Position numbers and translations under genes: made by a program. A stretch of DNA of 64,000 nt from Candidatus Latescibacterota bacterium (lineage in GTDB: Bacteria > Latescibacterota > UBA2968 > GCA-2709665). How positions within the stretch are numbered: position 1 is the stretch's first letter; every line of letters starts with the position of its first letter. Positions 10,705 to 19,736 of this stretch are shown here, in pieces. The stretch covers positions 3,488,001 to 3,552,000 of the forward strand of contig OZ242180.1 in the NCBI GenBank assembly GCA_965205485.1. The letters are read 5' to 3'. The notes under the pieces were generated by a model. It was not told where the DNA came from. It saw only the letters and a program-made list of their open reading frames with translations, and did not search any database.

Positions 10705-11787
10705 ATGGAAAAGATCCGCCCCATCCGCGAGTCGGAACTCGAGGAACTCCTGGACCTGCTCTGCGCCGTGCACAACCCCGACGGTCGCGAGCGTTACCGG
10801 GGTTACATCGAAGGCGACCCGACGTGGCGCCCGTCCCACACGCCGGTTGTCGTTGTCGACAATCGGATCGTATCCACGCTGCGCATCTGGGACCGCCGGG
10901 TCCACCTCGGCGCCACACCCGTCCGCATGGGCGGCATCGGCGGCGTCACCACGCATCCTGAATACCGTGAACGCGGCATCGCCACCCGCCTGATGGAGCA
11001 TGCGGCGGAGCACATGCGGGACGATGGATACGACCTCGGTCTGCTCTTCAGCGCGATTCCTGCGCGCTTCTATCTACGTCTTGGCTGGTGCTGCGTCCCG
11101 CTCATGGGTTTTCACGCGGAGTTGCGACGTTCTCCGAACCGGGAGCGGCACGCACTCGAAGTCCTGCCGTTCGACGAGAGCCGGGACCTGGAGGAGACGG
11201 TCGCGCTCTATCAGCGTCACAACGCCGGCCGGAGCGGCACGATGCTGCGTCCGCGTCCTTATTGGGACTATGCGCCTTCACGCGTGCGGGGCGTGCTGCC
11301 CACCACCGTCGTCCGCAGTCCGTCGGGACTCTGTGGTTACATGAACTGGGCGCGGAACGGCGACGAAGCGACGGTGTATGAGATCGCTTACGACAACGCG
11401 CCCGCCCTTGAAACCCTCGTTCAATGCGTGATTGACGAAGCCGGGGTTACCCGGGTCCACGGCGTGATTCCCCACGGCCACCCCTTCGTCGACGCTCTGG
11501 TCGCCGCCACAGACGCCGATCTGAGACTCGGGGGCGACAACTCGATGATGGTCCTGCCGTGCGACGTCGAGTCGCTGATCGCCATGACCGTACCCGATGC
11601 AGCGGAGCTGGCGCGCAGGCTGCCCGTCGACCTGGTGTGCCGGCTCCTGTTTGGAGAGTCCTCGGGCCGCGACCTGGAACCGATCCTTCGAGCCCGTGGG
11701 GTACCGCTTGAAGCAAGGGAAATTCGCCAACTCGAAGCGTGGTTCCCCCGCCGCGAGGTGATCTTCTGGGCGCCAGACCATTTCTGA
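10705..11787 (+). CDS. Eis-like GNAT acetyltransferase
   Basis: GIGGVTTHPEYRERGIA, FYLRLGW; two-GNAT-domain length. Confidence 0.85.
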   Translation: MEKIRPIRESELEELLDLLCAVHNPDGRERYRGYIEGDPTWRPSHTPVVVVDNRIVSTLRIWDRRVHLGATPVRMGGIGGVTTHPEYRERGIATRLMEHAAEHMRDDGYDLGLLFSAIPARFYLRLGWCCVPLMGFHAELRRSPNRERHALEVLPFDESRDLEETVALYQRHNAGRSGTMLRPRPYWDYAPSRVRGVLPTTVVRSPSGLCGYMNWARNGDEATVYEIAYDNAPALETLVQCVIDEAGVTRVHGVIPHGHPFVDALVAATDADLRLGGDNSMMVLPCDVESLIAMTVPDAAELARRLPVDLVCRLLFGESSGRDLEPILRARGVPLEAREIRQLEAWFPRREVIFWAPDHF

Positions 11788-11806
11788 TGTCGCATAAGGA
11801 ACAGAA

Positions 11807-12754
11807 ATGAACACTTCGGTGAATATCTTCGGCGACTTTGGAAGGGTTTTGCGATCGGACGCGGTCTTGCACGCGATTCTTGACGCCGTGAATCAGACGG
11901 TAGAAATCACTTCAATCGCGAGCGACGTCGAGCTGTTCGTCCAGGAATACGGATTGAGAGCGGTCCATCTCAGGGGGTTGCATCGAGCGACAGGTCTGGT
12001 CGTCATCATAAAGGTCGGAACCAGCGCGCGAGAGAACTTCTGGTGTTCGGAACTTCATCGCCTTTGCCCGGACCTGGTCCCAAGAGTATACGCCTCAGGG
12101 TTCCTTCTAGGGGGAATTGACGTTCATTGGCTGGCATCGGAAGCCATTCCGTATGGACCTCTGGGGAATTCATGGAACGGCAGGGAGTTCGAGTTGATGC
12201 TCGATGCAGGGACTCGTTTCTATCAGCAGGCGAAGCGGATTGAAGACTCAACGCTGGACGTCACGTCGCGGGCCGAAGTTGCTCGCTGGCTGGAAGGAGC
12301 AATCCGGCAGCGCTGTCCGGGACCCGTCGACGGGCTTCTGTTGAGACTCGATGACCATTGGGAGTTTATCCTCGCGAAGTGTGGATCCGAAACCGCCTTC
12401 GAAGACTTTCACCTGTGCAATGGCCTGATGAGAGATCCGCCGCCGGACGGGGAGCGCGCGGTCCTGATCGATATCCACCCGAATCGCCGCCCGTGGATTC
12501 TGGATCCCGCGTATCTCCAGGTCTTGAATTCGGGGGACAGGAATCGACCCGGCCACAGGGACCTTGTCGCCAGAATGGCCGCAAAACGCCGCCAAGCGGG
12601 ACTCGCGAGCCTCGAGGGTTCAGACCTGGATACTGCAACAAAGATCGCGCTGGGCTGGATGGCCGCCCGGCAATGGCAACCTGAACGGGCGGATTGGGAG
12701 CCTGACTATCGCGAAGCATATCAAGGGTTCATTGCCGATGCCGTAGGAGTCTGA
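11807..12754 (+). CDS. Hypothetical protein, probable APH/kinase-like fold
   Basis: IIKV lysine, EDFHLCN Brenner-like motif, VLID; AAGGA RBS. Confidence 0.6.
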   Translation: MNTSVNIFGDFGRVLRSDAVLHAILDAVNQTVEITSIASDVELFVQEYGLRAVHLRGLHRATGLVVIIKVGTSARENFWCSELHRLCPDLVPRVYASGFLLGGIDVHWLASEAIPYGPLGNSWNGREFELMLDAGTRFYQQAKRIEDSTLDVTSRAEVARWLEGAIRQRCPGPVDGLLLRLDDHWEFILAKCGSETAFEDFHLCNGLMRDPPPDGERAVLIDIHPNRRPWILDPAYLQVLNSGDRNRPGHRDLVARMAAKRRQAGLASLEGSDLDTATKIALGWMAARQWQPERADWEPDYREAYQGFIADAVGV

Positions 12755-12784
12755 CTATCGGCGGAAGCGGTCCTTCAAAGAAGC

Positions 12785-12816
12785 CAGCCCCGTGTATAAC
12801 GACTGACACGGGGCTG
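12785..12816. terminator. Hairpin between convergent genes
   Basis: cagccccgtgt ... acacggggctg 11-bp stem followed by T-rich ttgatttgtcttt. Confidence 0.7.
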
Positions 12817-12849
12817 TTGATTTGTCTTTCCGCCGCCGGCGAGTGGACG

Positions 12850-15192
12850 CTAGAAGAAATACAGCTTGTAGTTCAGTTTCAGGCTGCGGCCGGTTTCGGG
12901 CATCACGGACCGGACGCGCGAAAGGTGGTTGCGGTATTCCGTGTCGAAAAGATTATCCAGGGAGAGGATCAGGCTGTGGCGGGCCTGATTCATGTGGAAA
13001 TCCCGCTGTACGTAAACGCCGAAGACCGAATAACCGTCGGTGGGATCCTCGTAGGTATCCACGCGTTCCTGCCCCGCGGCCCATTCCATGGTCCCTCCCC
13101 CGGTTAGCCAGTGGTGCCTGTAGGTTGCGCTGCCCACAAACTTGAGCGGCGGCATTTCCGGCAGGGGCATGCGGTCGTTCCGATTTTCGCCGCGCACATG
13201 ACTCAGTTTCATCTCCAGTTCCAGGCGTGCGTTCGGACGCCATTTCAGGTGGGATTCCACGCCCGTCATTCTCGCGTCTATACCTTCCGCGGCGTAGATG
13301 GGGAGTAGTTGGGCCCAGTTGATTTCTCCCGTATTTCGCGGCGCGATGTAATTGCCGAATTCATTCCAGAATCCCGTGAAGACCAGGTCGAATCCCGGCC
13401 GCAGGTAGTGCAGGAAGGCCTCGGCGCCGAAACTGCGTTCGGCGTTGAGCTCCACATTACCCTTCTCAAAGGTGTAAGCGGCCAGGTGTGGACCCTCGTT
13501 GTAGAGTTCCTCGATGGTGGGCGCGCGCTGGGAGCGGCTGAGGCTGAAGCCCGCTGTCAGTTGCTCTGTAATCGGTACGAGCGGGCTGAATGCCGCGGAC
13601 CACGCATGGAAGGTACGGTCTACGTCCAGCCTCTGGTTGGTAATCAACTGGCTGCGCGGGTCGAAGGCGGCATAGGCGTACCGGGCCGCGGCCTGCAGTT
13701 CGATATTGCGATAGATTGTCTCGTGATACAGACCGAAGTGGACGTCCTGCCTTCGCGTGGGCGGGGTGAAGACAAAACCACCCAGCTTGAGATTGCGGTG
13801 TTCGAAGCCTGCGGTGAGAACGGTGTTCTGCTCCCTGTTTCCCGAGTTCAGGTAGAGTTTGAGATCGCCGCTGTAGTCATGAAAAAGGAATTCGGATCCG
13901 ATGCTGCCGCTTGACTCGTACTCGACGTGGCGATAATAGGCCTTCGTGAAGCCCGCCTCGAATCTGTCTGCCGTTCTGCCGTCGAACCGGTAGACAACCT
14001 TTCCGTCGAAGACCCGGCGTATGATGTCGAGATCCGCGCCGTTGGGATGGGCGCCGATGAAGCCGCCCGGAATGCCATACTGAGTTTCGAATTGATCGAA
14101 GGAGCCGCCGACGTATCCCCGGTCGCCCGCGTAGGACGTGCCGAGAGTATATGTGCGGGTGTTGATGGGCGTATTGGCAAGGCGGCCAACCGGTGTCCGG
14201 ATGTCTCGGGTATCCCGGTAGGTGGTCTCGGCATACAACGCGAGCGGCCCCACGGGCGCGGTGAGAGCGGCGGACGAGAAATAACCCCGGTTCGCCGTTT
14301 CCCCGTAAGCGCCCACGCTCCCGAAGAAGCGCCCCGGTCGTATTTCTGGTATCTTGTGTTTGACGACGTTGATGACCCCGCCGCCGGCCGTGGACGTGTG
14401 CAGCAACGTGCGGGGCCCGCGGATGATTTCCAGGCGTTCCGCGTTGAAGGTTTCGACGGTGACCGCATGATCGGCCGACGTTGCGGAGAGATCCTGAGAC
14501 TGAATGCCGTCGACGTTGATCTGTACACGGTCGCCGCTGAGCCCGCGGATAACAGGCCGGGCGGGCGCCGGGCCCATGCTCCGGATGGCAACGCCGAGTT
14601 CGTTCTTCATGGTCTCGGCCAATGTGATGCTGTATTTCTTCCTGAGTTCGTCGCCCGAAAGCACACGGGTGGCCTCGTGCAGTTCCTCAAATAGGGTTTC
14701 AGCGCGTTTGGCCACAACGTCGATGGGGTCCAGCCTGTGGTCCAGCCGCGCCAGTTCCAGATAGACAACGGGGTGCTTCGCAGCCGAGATGTTCAGTTCC
14801 TGGCGCGTTTCAAGATAGCCGACGTGCGTCAGTGACAGGCTATGAATTCCCGGTGACAGATGAAGCACGAACCGGCCTTTTTCGTCCGTAGACGTGCCCG
14901 TGGTGTGATCCTCGGAATGGACGTTCACGTTCCTGATCGGCAGTCGGGTTTCGCCGTCGAAGACATACCCTTCGATCAACACGCCCTGATTTGCGGAACA
15001 GATTCCCGTCAGACATGCCATTGCCAAGAACGCGAGCGCCGCGCAGAAGATAGGAAACCGGAGCGGGGAACGACGGCTGGCGCCGTCGCGCGGGTAGGGG
15101 CCTTCCCTTCCACGACCGGAAAGGAATACCGCAAACAACGCCGCCGCTGCACCCAATTGACTGGATGTCTTCACTCTAAGTGTGCTGAACAT
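12850..15192 (-). CDS. TonB-dependent outer-membrane receptor, ZnuD-like, with N-terminal carboxypeptidase-regulatory-like domain
   Basis: Plug RPVIRGLSGDRV..SADHAV, EIIRGPRTLL, LYNEGPHLAAYTFEKGN, NLFDTEYRNH, C-terminal F; CAGGAG RBS before ATG 15192. Confidence 0.92.
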   Translation of the reverse strand: MFSTLRVKTSSQLGAAAALFAVFLSGRGREGPYPRDGASRRSPLRFPIFCAALAFLAMACLTGICSANQGVLIEGYVFDGETRLPIRNVNVHSEDHTTGTSTDEKGRFVLHLSPGIHSLSLTHVGYLETRQELNISAAKHPVVYLELARLDHRLDPIDVVAKRAETLFEELHEATRVLSGDELRKKYSITLAETMKNELGVAIRSMGPAPARPVIRGLSGDRVQINVDGIQSQDLSATSADHAVTVETFNAERLEIIRGPRTLLHTSTAGGGVINVVKHKIPEIRPGRFFGSVGAYGETANRGYFSSAALTAPVGPLALYAETTYRDTRDIRTPVGRLANTPINTRTYTLGTSYAGDRGYVGGSFDQFETQYGIPGGFIGAHPNGADLDIIRRVFDGKVVYRFDGRTADRFEAGFTKAYYRHVEYESSGSIGSEFLFHDYSGDLKLYLNSGNREQNTVLTAGFEHRNLKLGGFVFTPPTRRQDVHFGLYHETIYRNIELQAAARYAYAAFDPRSQLITNQRLDVDRTFHAWSAAFSPLVPITEQLTAGFSLSRSQRAPTIEELYNEGPHLAAYTFEKGNVELNAERSFGAEAFLHYLRPGFDLVFTGFWNEFGNYIAPRNTGEINWAQLLPIYAAEGIDARMTGVESHLKWRPNARLELEMKLSHVRGENRNDRMPLPEMPPLKFVGSATYRHHWLTGGGTMEWAAGQERVDTYEDPTDGYSVFGVYVQRDFHMNQARHSLILSLDNLFDTEYRNHLSRVRSVMPETGRSLKLNYKLYFF

Positions 15193-15649
15193 AATTGTTC
15201 TCCTGTGTACCGGAATCTCACTTCGTCCCGAAACGCGCGTGAGCATCCGCCGACGCGGTGGACGAACTGCGGATTTGCCGGTATGATGGCGAAATGTCAA
15301 GTTGCCAGGCCGCTTGCCCGCCATTGCGGACGTATCCTGCACCGGAGAGGGGCGGGATTGCATTTTGCCCAATCCCGAGAGTCTACCTGCGTGCAGAACC
15401 GAGCCACACTTCTGCACGCGCGGATTAGCAGCCCGTTGACAAAGTCCATCCGGCCTACGGCCGGCCCTTGCGGCCGAAATACCGCGTTGCGCTCCCTCGC
15501 CGAATCGAGGGATGGGACTCGGTCGCGCGCCTTGTCTTCGACCACAATGGCTCGGCCTCGCCTGCAGAGCGATTTTATCAACGGACTGTTAGAGCCAGTG
15601 CCGACCTGGAACGAACTGTTTGAAAAAACCTGGAAGTACGGAAGACGTG
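15193..15649 (-). promoter_or_regulatory. Long 5' leader (copy 1) between RAPP leader peptide and TonB-dependent receptor
   Basis: Colinear paralogue of 17535-18165; 54-nt block 15368-15421 differs from 17696-17749 at one base and contains a 10-bp stem. Confidence 0.7.
15429..15588. mobile_element. 160-bp MITE with TTAG target duplication
   Basis: TIRs cagcccgttgacaaagtc / gattttatcaacggactg; TTAG on both sides; absent from the paralogous site near 17750. Confidence 0.8.
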
Positions 15650-15964
15650 TCAAGAAGACACGTGAGACACGGGAGGTGCGCGTCCGTCGGGCAGAAGGAG
15701 GGAAGAGCGAGATGAACGAATCGAGGAAAAGCCCTGCCTGATATACAGAAAGCAAAGTTGCAGCACGAGCACTGCCGGCGGAATGATGCTCAGGTTGCTG
15801 AACCAGGCGCAGACGGCACACTGTTGTTCGTGATCGTGACATGGTTGACCGTGATCGTGATCGTGTTCGGGGAAGACGGCAAGCAGGAATACCGCCAGGT
15901 AGGCCGCGAATATCACGAGCGCGATAACAACAACCGGATGAATCCGTCCGGAGGAAAAAGACAT
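15650..15964 (-). CDS. DUF2946-like leader peptide 1 (signal/TM segment, His cluster, CxxC, RAPP)
   Basis: 104 aa: hydrophobic N-terminus, HDHDHGQPCHDHEQQCAVCA, C-terminal DGRAPPVS; GGAG upstream; paralogue at 18166-18477. Confidence 0.85.
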   Translation of the reverse strand: MSFSSGRIHPVVVIALVIFAAYLAVFLLAVFPEHDHDHGQPCHDHEQQCAVCAWFSNLSIIPPAVLVLQLCFLYIRQGFSSIRSSRSSLLLPDGRAPPVSHVSS

Positions 15965-16268
15965 CCTGCGGTCTCCAGATAAGCGCAAACGAACCTGGTT
16001 ACAGCCATGAACACACTGGCAACGTAACCTCCGAACCCATCCCTTTCGTCCCACAGGACGTCGCACCGGCCTGGCTCGGGTGATCTCGTGCCAGAACCCG
16101 GACCTGCCGGCCCGGCAGGTGGTAAATCGTGAGGTCGGCCTGCCGGGGCTCAGGGATCATACGGACAATCTCGGCAGAAGCTTTATCCTGTACACGTCAG
16201 TCATCTGCAATGTGCTCCGACCTTGCAGACGGAGGGAGGGCGAGAAAACCCTCCCGCAGCGTTTTCTG

Positions 16269-17534
16269 CTACGGCGCGGTGATCGCCACCGAAATGGGCG
16301 CGAATTCGTCCTCCGCCTCGCCGTCGTGGAAAATGGAAAGTGTAATGGTGGTCGTGCCCGCTTTCTTGCCGATGAGTCTGAAGGCCCAGTATTCGGGGGC
16401 AACAGGCGGATCGATTGCGAGCAGCGCGGTGTCGGCCACCGCGATGCCCAGCGTGCGATCGGGCGCTTCCGGCTGAAATTCCACGTCGTGTTCGTCAAAG
16501 AAGAACGTCGCGACGTGGTCGGTTGTGTCGCCTGCGGCAACGGCAAGGGCCTCGGTGGCTTCGCCTTCTCCCTTAACGGGCGCCTGTGTAAGCAACTCGC
16601 CGCTGTCTTCTTCCTTAAGCCGAACGCCCACGGGTTCGCCGTGCTGTCCCTCCCGTGACTCCACGTGTACAGGAATGGGCCGTGTACGGTAGTCAACGTG
16701 CCCTTCGTGCCAGACTTCAAATACAATCGTGGTTTCGCCTTCCTGCAAGCCGCGCAGGTGAAACTCGAATGTACCCTCGTCGCCCTCGTCCTGAACGACT
16801 TCGAGAACGTCGGGGTTGGCAATGGTCCAGCCGAACGTGAATTCGGGATCGTCCGGCGGGTCTTTTTCATCGCCGTGTTCGTCCAGAAACATGATGCGCC
16901 AGTGAGGCGTCAGGCCAATCGGGGCCGTGAGTTCCGATGCCCGACCTTCGCCCGAGTCGATCTCGCCCTGGTAATAGCGAAAGAATCGAACGCCGGATTC
17001 GATGATGACAAGCCCTTCCGCATTGAAGTGGGACGAGTGCTCTTCTACCACGTATACCGGGAGCGGTACCGTGGTGAAGTCGATGTGCCCTTCGTGCGAA
17101 ATCTGAAGCTTGATGGTGGTTTCGCCATCTTCAAGGCCGCGCAGGGCGAAGACGAATTTACCCGCTTCCCCCGCGTCCTGGACGACCTCCACGATCGACG
17201 TGTCCGCAATCTCCCACGTGAAACTGAAGCCCTCGCCGGAGGGGGGCGCCATTTCGTTTCCGTCTTTGTCCAGGAAGCGGATGCTCCACTTGCTGGTGAC
17301 TTCGCCGTGAGCGACCGCCAGGATTTCCGCCCGACCTTCGCCCGCGTCGATCCTGCCCTGGAAATAACGAAAGAAACGCTCGCCGGAGTCGACGAGGACC
17401 AGGCCTTCGGCTTCGTAATGCTCTTCCTGTTGAGTGATGGGGCCTTCTTTACCACAACCGGACGCGAACACGGCAAAAACCGCCGCCGTCACAATCCAGC
17501 GAAGGGATGTTTTCAACTTCAGCATGCTGATCAT
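16269..17534 (-). CDS. Acidic lipoprotein with three tandem beta-rich repeats carrying His motifs
   Basis: Lipobox FASGC; repeats start HYEAEG / HFNAEG / HGEPVG and end HEGHIDF / HEGHVDY / HDGEAED. Confidence 0.85.
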   Translation of the reverse strand: MISMLKLKTSLRWIVTAAVFAVFASGCGKEGPITQQEEHYEAEGLVLVDSGERFFRYFQGRIDAGEGRAEILAVAHGEVTSKWSIRFLDKDGNEMAPPSGEGFSFTWEIADTSIVEVVQDAGEAGKFVFALRGLEDGETTIKLQISHEGHIDFTTVPLPVYVVEEHSSHFNAEGLVIIESGVRFFRYYQGEIDSGEGRASELTAPIGLTPHWRIMFLDEHGDEKDPPDDPEFTFGWTIANPDVLEVVQDEGDEGTFEFHLRGLQEGETTIVFEVWHEGHVDYRTRPIPVHVESREGQHGEPVGVRLKEEDSGELLTQAPVKGEGEATEALAVAAGDTTDHVATFFFDEHDVEFQPEAPDRTLGIAVADTALLAIDPPVAPEYWAFRLIGKKAGTTTITLSIFHDGEAEDEFAPISVAITAP

Positions 17535-17801
17535 TATTCAATTCCTGTGTACTCGAGTCTCACTTCGCCCAGAAGGCGCATGAAACTCTGCCTGTGTGGC
17601 ATACGAACTGCGGTTGTGCCGGCAGGCAAATCCGCCGGGCCGGTCATCTGGCGTTGCGGATGTAGCCTGACCCGGAGAGGGCGCGAATGCACGCACCCAA
17701 TCCCGAGAGTCTACCCGCGTGCAGAACCGAGCCACACTTCTGCACGCGCAGTTCGAGCCAGGGCCGACCTGGAACGACCCGATTGAAAAAACCTGGAAGC
17801 A

Positions 17802-17965
17802 AGAAGCTGTTTTAAAATTACCGGTGAGTTCCCGAGCGCGAGCGAAAAAGTGGCGGTCAAGGCGGGAAAATCCGCCCATATTTGTCTATACGGGTGGATT
17901 TGACCAACGCCGACCGGCACTTTTGCAGCCGTGCGAAGACCGCTGGGAATTTTAAGACAGCTTCT
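17802..17965. mobile_element. ~164-bp MITE
   Basis: TIRs agaagctgttttaaaatt / aattttaagacagcttct (17/18); absent from the paralogous site near 15638; target duplication ambiguous. Confidence 0.75.
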
Positions 17966-17994
17966 AAGGAGGACGTGTCAGGAAGACACGCCAG

Positions 17995-18155
17995 TGTTCT
18001 GTCCCGGAAATAAGTTGCCTGAATTCGACCGCTGAGTCGCCCGGCTCGCGAGGCGCCGGAGCGCAGGCGACCTGCGTATGGTCGGCGAGCGACGGGAACG
18101 TAGCGATACGGGATGAATCGGCGGTCGAATGGTGAGGAATTTCTGGGACAGGACA
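17995..18155. mobile_element. 161-bp MITE with CCAG target duplication
   Basis: TIRs tgttctgtcccggaaat / atttctgggacaggaca; CCAG at 17991-17994 and 18156-18159. Confidence 0.8.
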
Positions 18156-18165
18156 CCAGGTTGGA

Positions 18166-18477
18166 TCAGGACACGGGAGGTGCGCGTCCGTCTGGCAGAA
18201 GGAGGGAAGTGCGCGGGGAATGGAACGAGAAAAAACCCTGCCTGAAATACAGAAAGCAAAGCTGCAGCACGAGCACTGCCAGCAGAATGATGCTCAGGTT
18301 GCCGAACCAGGCGCAGACGGCACATTGTGGATCATGACATTGCTGATCATGATCGTGACATGGGTGTTCGTGATCGTGACCGGCGAAGGCGGCAAGTAGA
18401 AAAACCGCAAGGTAGCCCGCGAATATTGCAAGGGCGAAAACGACAACCGGATGAAGCCGTCTGAAGGGCGAAAACAT
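18166..18477 (-). CDS. DUF2946-like leader peptide 2 (signal/TM segment, His cluster, CxxC, RAPP)
   Basis: 103 aa: HDHEHPCHDHDQQCHDPQCAVCA, C-terminal DGRAPPVS-stop; GGAGAAGG RBS. Confidence 0.85.
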   Translation of the reverse strand: MFSPFRRLHPVVVFALAIFAGYLAVFLLAAFAGHDHEHPCHDHDQQCHDPQCAVCAWFGNLSIILLAVLVLQLCFLYFRQGFFSFHSPRTSLLLPDGRAPPVS

Positions 18478-18524
18478 CCTTACCTTCTCCGGAAGAACAA
18501 AGAACTTACAGGAATTCAATTCGT

Positions 18525-18553
18525 AGTATACACGAAACGATCGGCTTCGTCAA
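18525..18553 (-). promoter_or_regulatory. Sigma70-type promoter for the metal-uptake locus
   Basis: TTGACG-17 nt-TATACT on the minus strand, just upstream of ATG 18477. Confidence 0.7.
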
Positions 18554-18639
18554 GTAGCCGGAAGCCGGAAAGCAGCCGCAAAAATGGCGCCGCACTCGGG
18601 GAATTGACCTTGACACCTGATTCGTACCTGCGTATATGA

Positions 18640-18790
18640 GTGTGATTCCTCACGTTTTTATATGGCAACGATGCGGCTGGTGACGACGCGGCCGAAGTCG
18701 GACTGTTTGCACTTGATAATCCTGCCGCAGACCTGGCGTCCGAAGCGGATCGAAAGATAATCGCCAATCTGAACGTGCTATTTGCAATGT
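18640..18790 (+). pseudogene. NUDIX hydrolase C-terminal remnant
   Basis: One frame reads AGDDAAEVGLFALDN..LASEADRKII, like NUDIX C-termini; no start codon or Nudix box. Confidence 0.4.
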
Positions 18791-18800
18791 GCCAAAGACG

Positions 18801-19669
18801 ATGCCCTACACATTTATAAACGGCTTCCGTATGTTCTATGACGTGCGCGGGGAAGGCGAAGTCATCGTGTTCGTACACGGTGGATTTCCTTCGCTCGACA
18901 TGCATCTCCGCGCCGATCCGGGAGGCGGGTGGGGATGGGAGATGGATTTCACGTCGGAATTCCGGTATGTGATGTACGATCGCCGGGGCTGCTGGCTGTC
19001 TTCCCGCCCGGAGTCGGGCTATGACCTGGAGAACCAGGCGCGCGACCTGGTCGAATTGCTGGACCACCTCGATATCGAATGCGCGCACGTCATCGGTTCC
19101 TCCGCCGGGGGTCCAATAGCGATCCTCTTTGCAACGCTTTTCCCGGAGCGTGTCAGGACACTGGTATTGGCCGGAACCGCGGCGCATCTCTGGCCGGACG
19201 AAGATCCGGTTACCCGGATTGTCAAGAAACAGTTGGAAATCCTTTATAAACAGGGAGCTGAGCCTGCCTGGACGTGCCGGCCCGATGGTGTCGAACTCTC
19301 TCTCGACGTCCTCTGGGAACGCGACGAGATGGAGGAACGGGGAACGCTGGCGGAATACGACGAGCGAGTCAGCAGGCTTGTGGCGAAGTCCAGCCTGGAG
19401 GATCGCGAGGCGTGGTACGAGACCCAGTTGAGGTCGATCGACGCGTACATTGACAGAGATCTGTCTGTCGAATGCGAACGCGTGCGGGCGCCAACGCTTG
19501 TCGTTCACGGCGCAAGGGACCGGGAAGTACCGGTGGATTGGGGCAGGGATCTGGCAGCGAAGGTCCCCGGCGCCGAGTTCAGGTTGTATAAGACGAACCT
19601 CACAGCATAGTCCACGGAAGTCGTCGGGTGCGTGAAGACCTGATGGCGTTTATTCGAAGCGCGGATTAA
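18801..19669 (+). CDS. Alpha/beta hydrolase with apparent 1-base deletion near 19592
   Basis: FVHGG, YDRRG, GSSAGG, HGARD; the His segment (DEPHSIV..LMAFIRS) lies in another frame ending at TAA 19669. Confidence 0.8.
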
Positions 19670-19736
19670 TGAATGCGTGAACCGTCGATACGCAGGCTGA
19701 TCCGTTCACTTTCTTCGATCGGGCACGAAAGACAAA

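Larger units (their letters stand above)
17535..18165 (-). promoter_or_regulatory. Long 5' leader (copy 2) between RAPP leader peptide and lipoprotein
   Basis: Paralogous to 15193-15649; about 300 nt after subtracting two MITEs. Confidence 0.7.

Noticed and set aside
15193..15417. 75-aa N-terminal extension of the receptor in the ORF track
   Set aside because: It overlaps the duplicated UTR, and ATG 15192 has a clear CAGGAG RBS
15193..15649. Cobalamin or NiCo riboswitch upstream of the TonB-dependent receptor
   Set aside because: No B12-box or NiCo consensus recognisable by eye; kept only as an unknown candidate RNA
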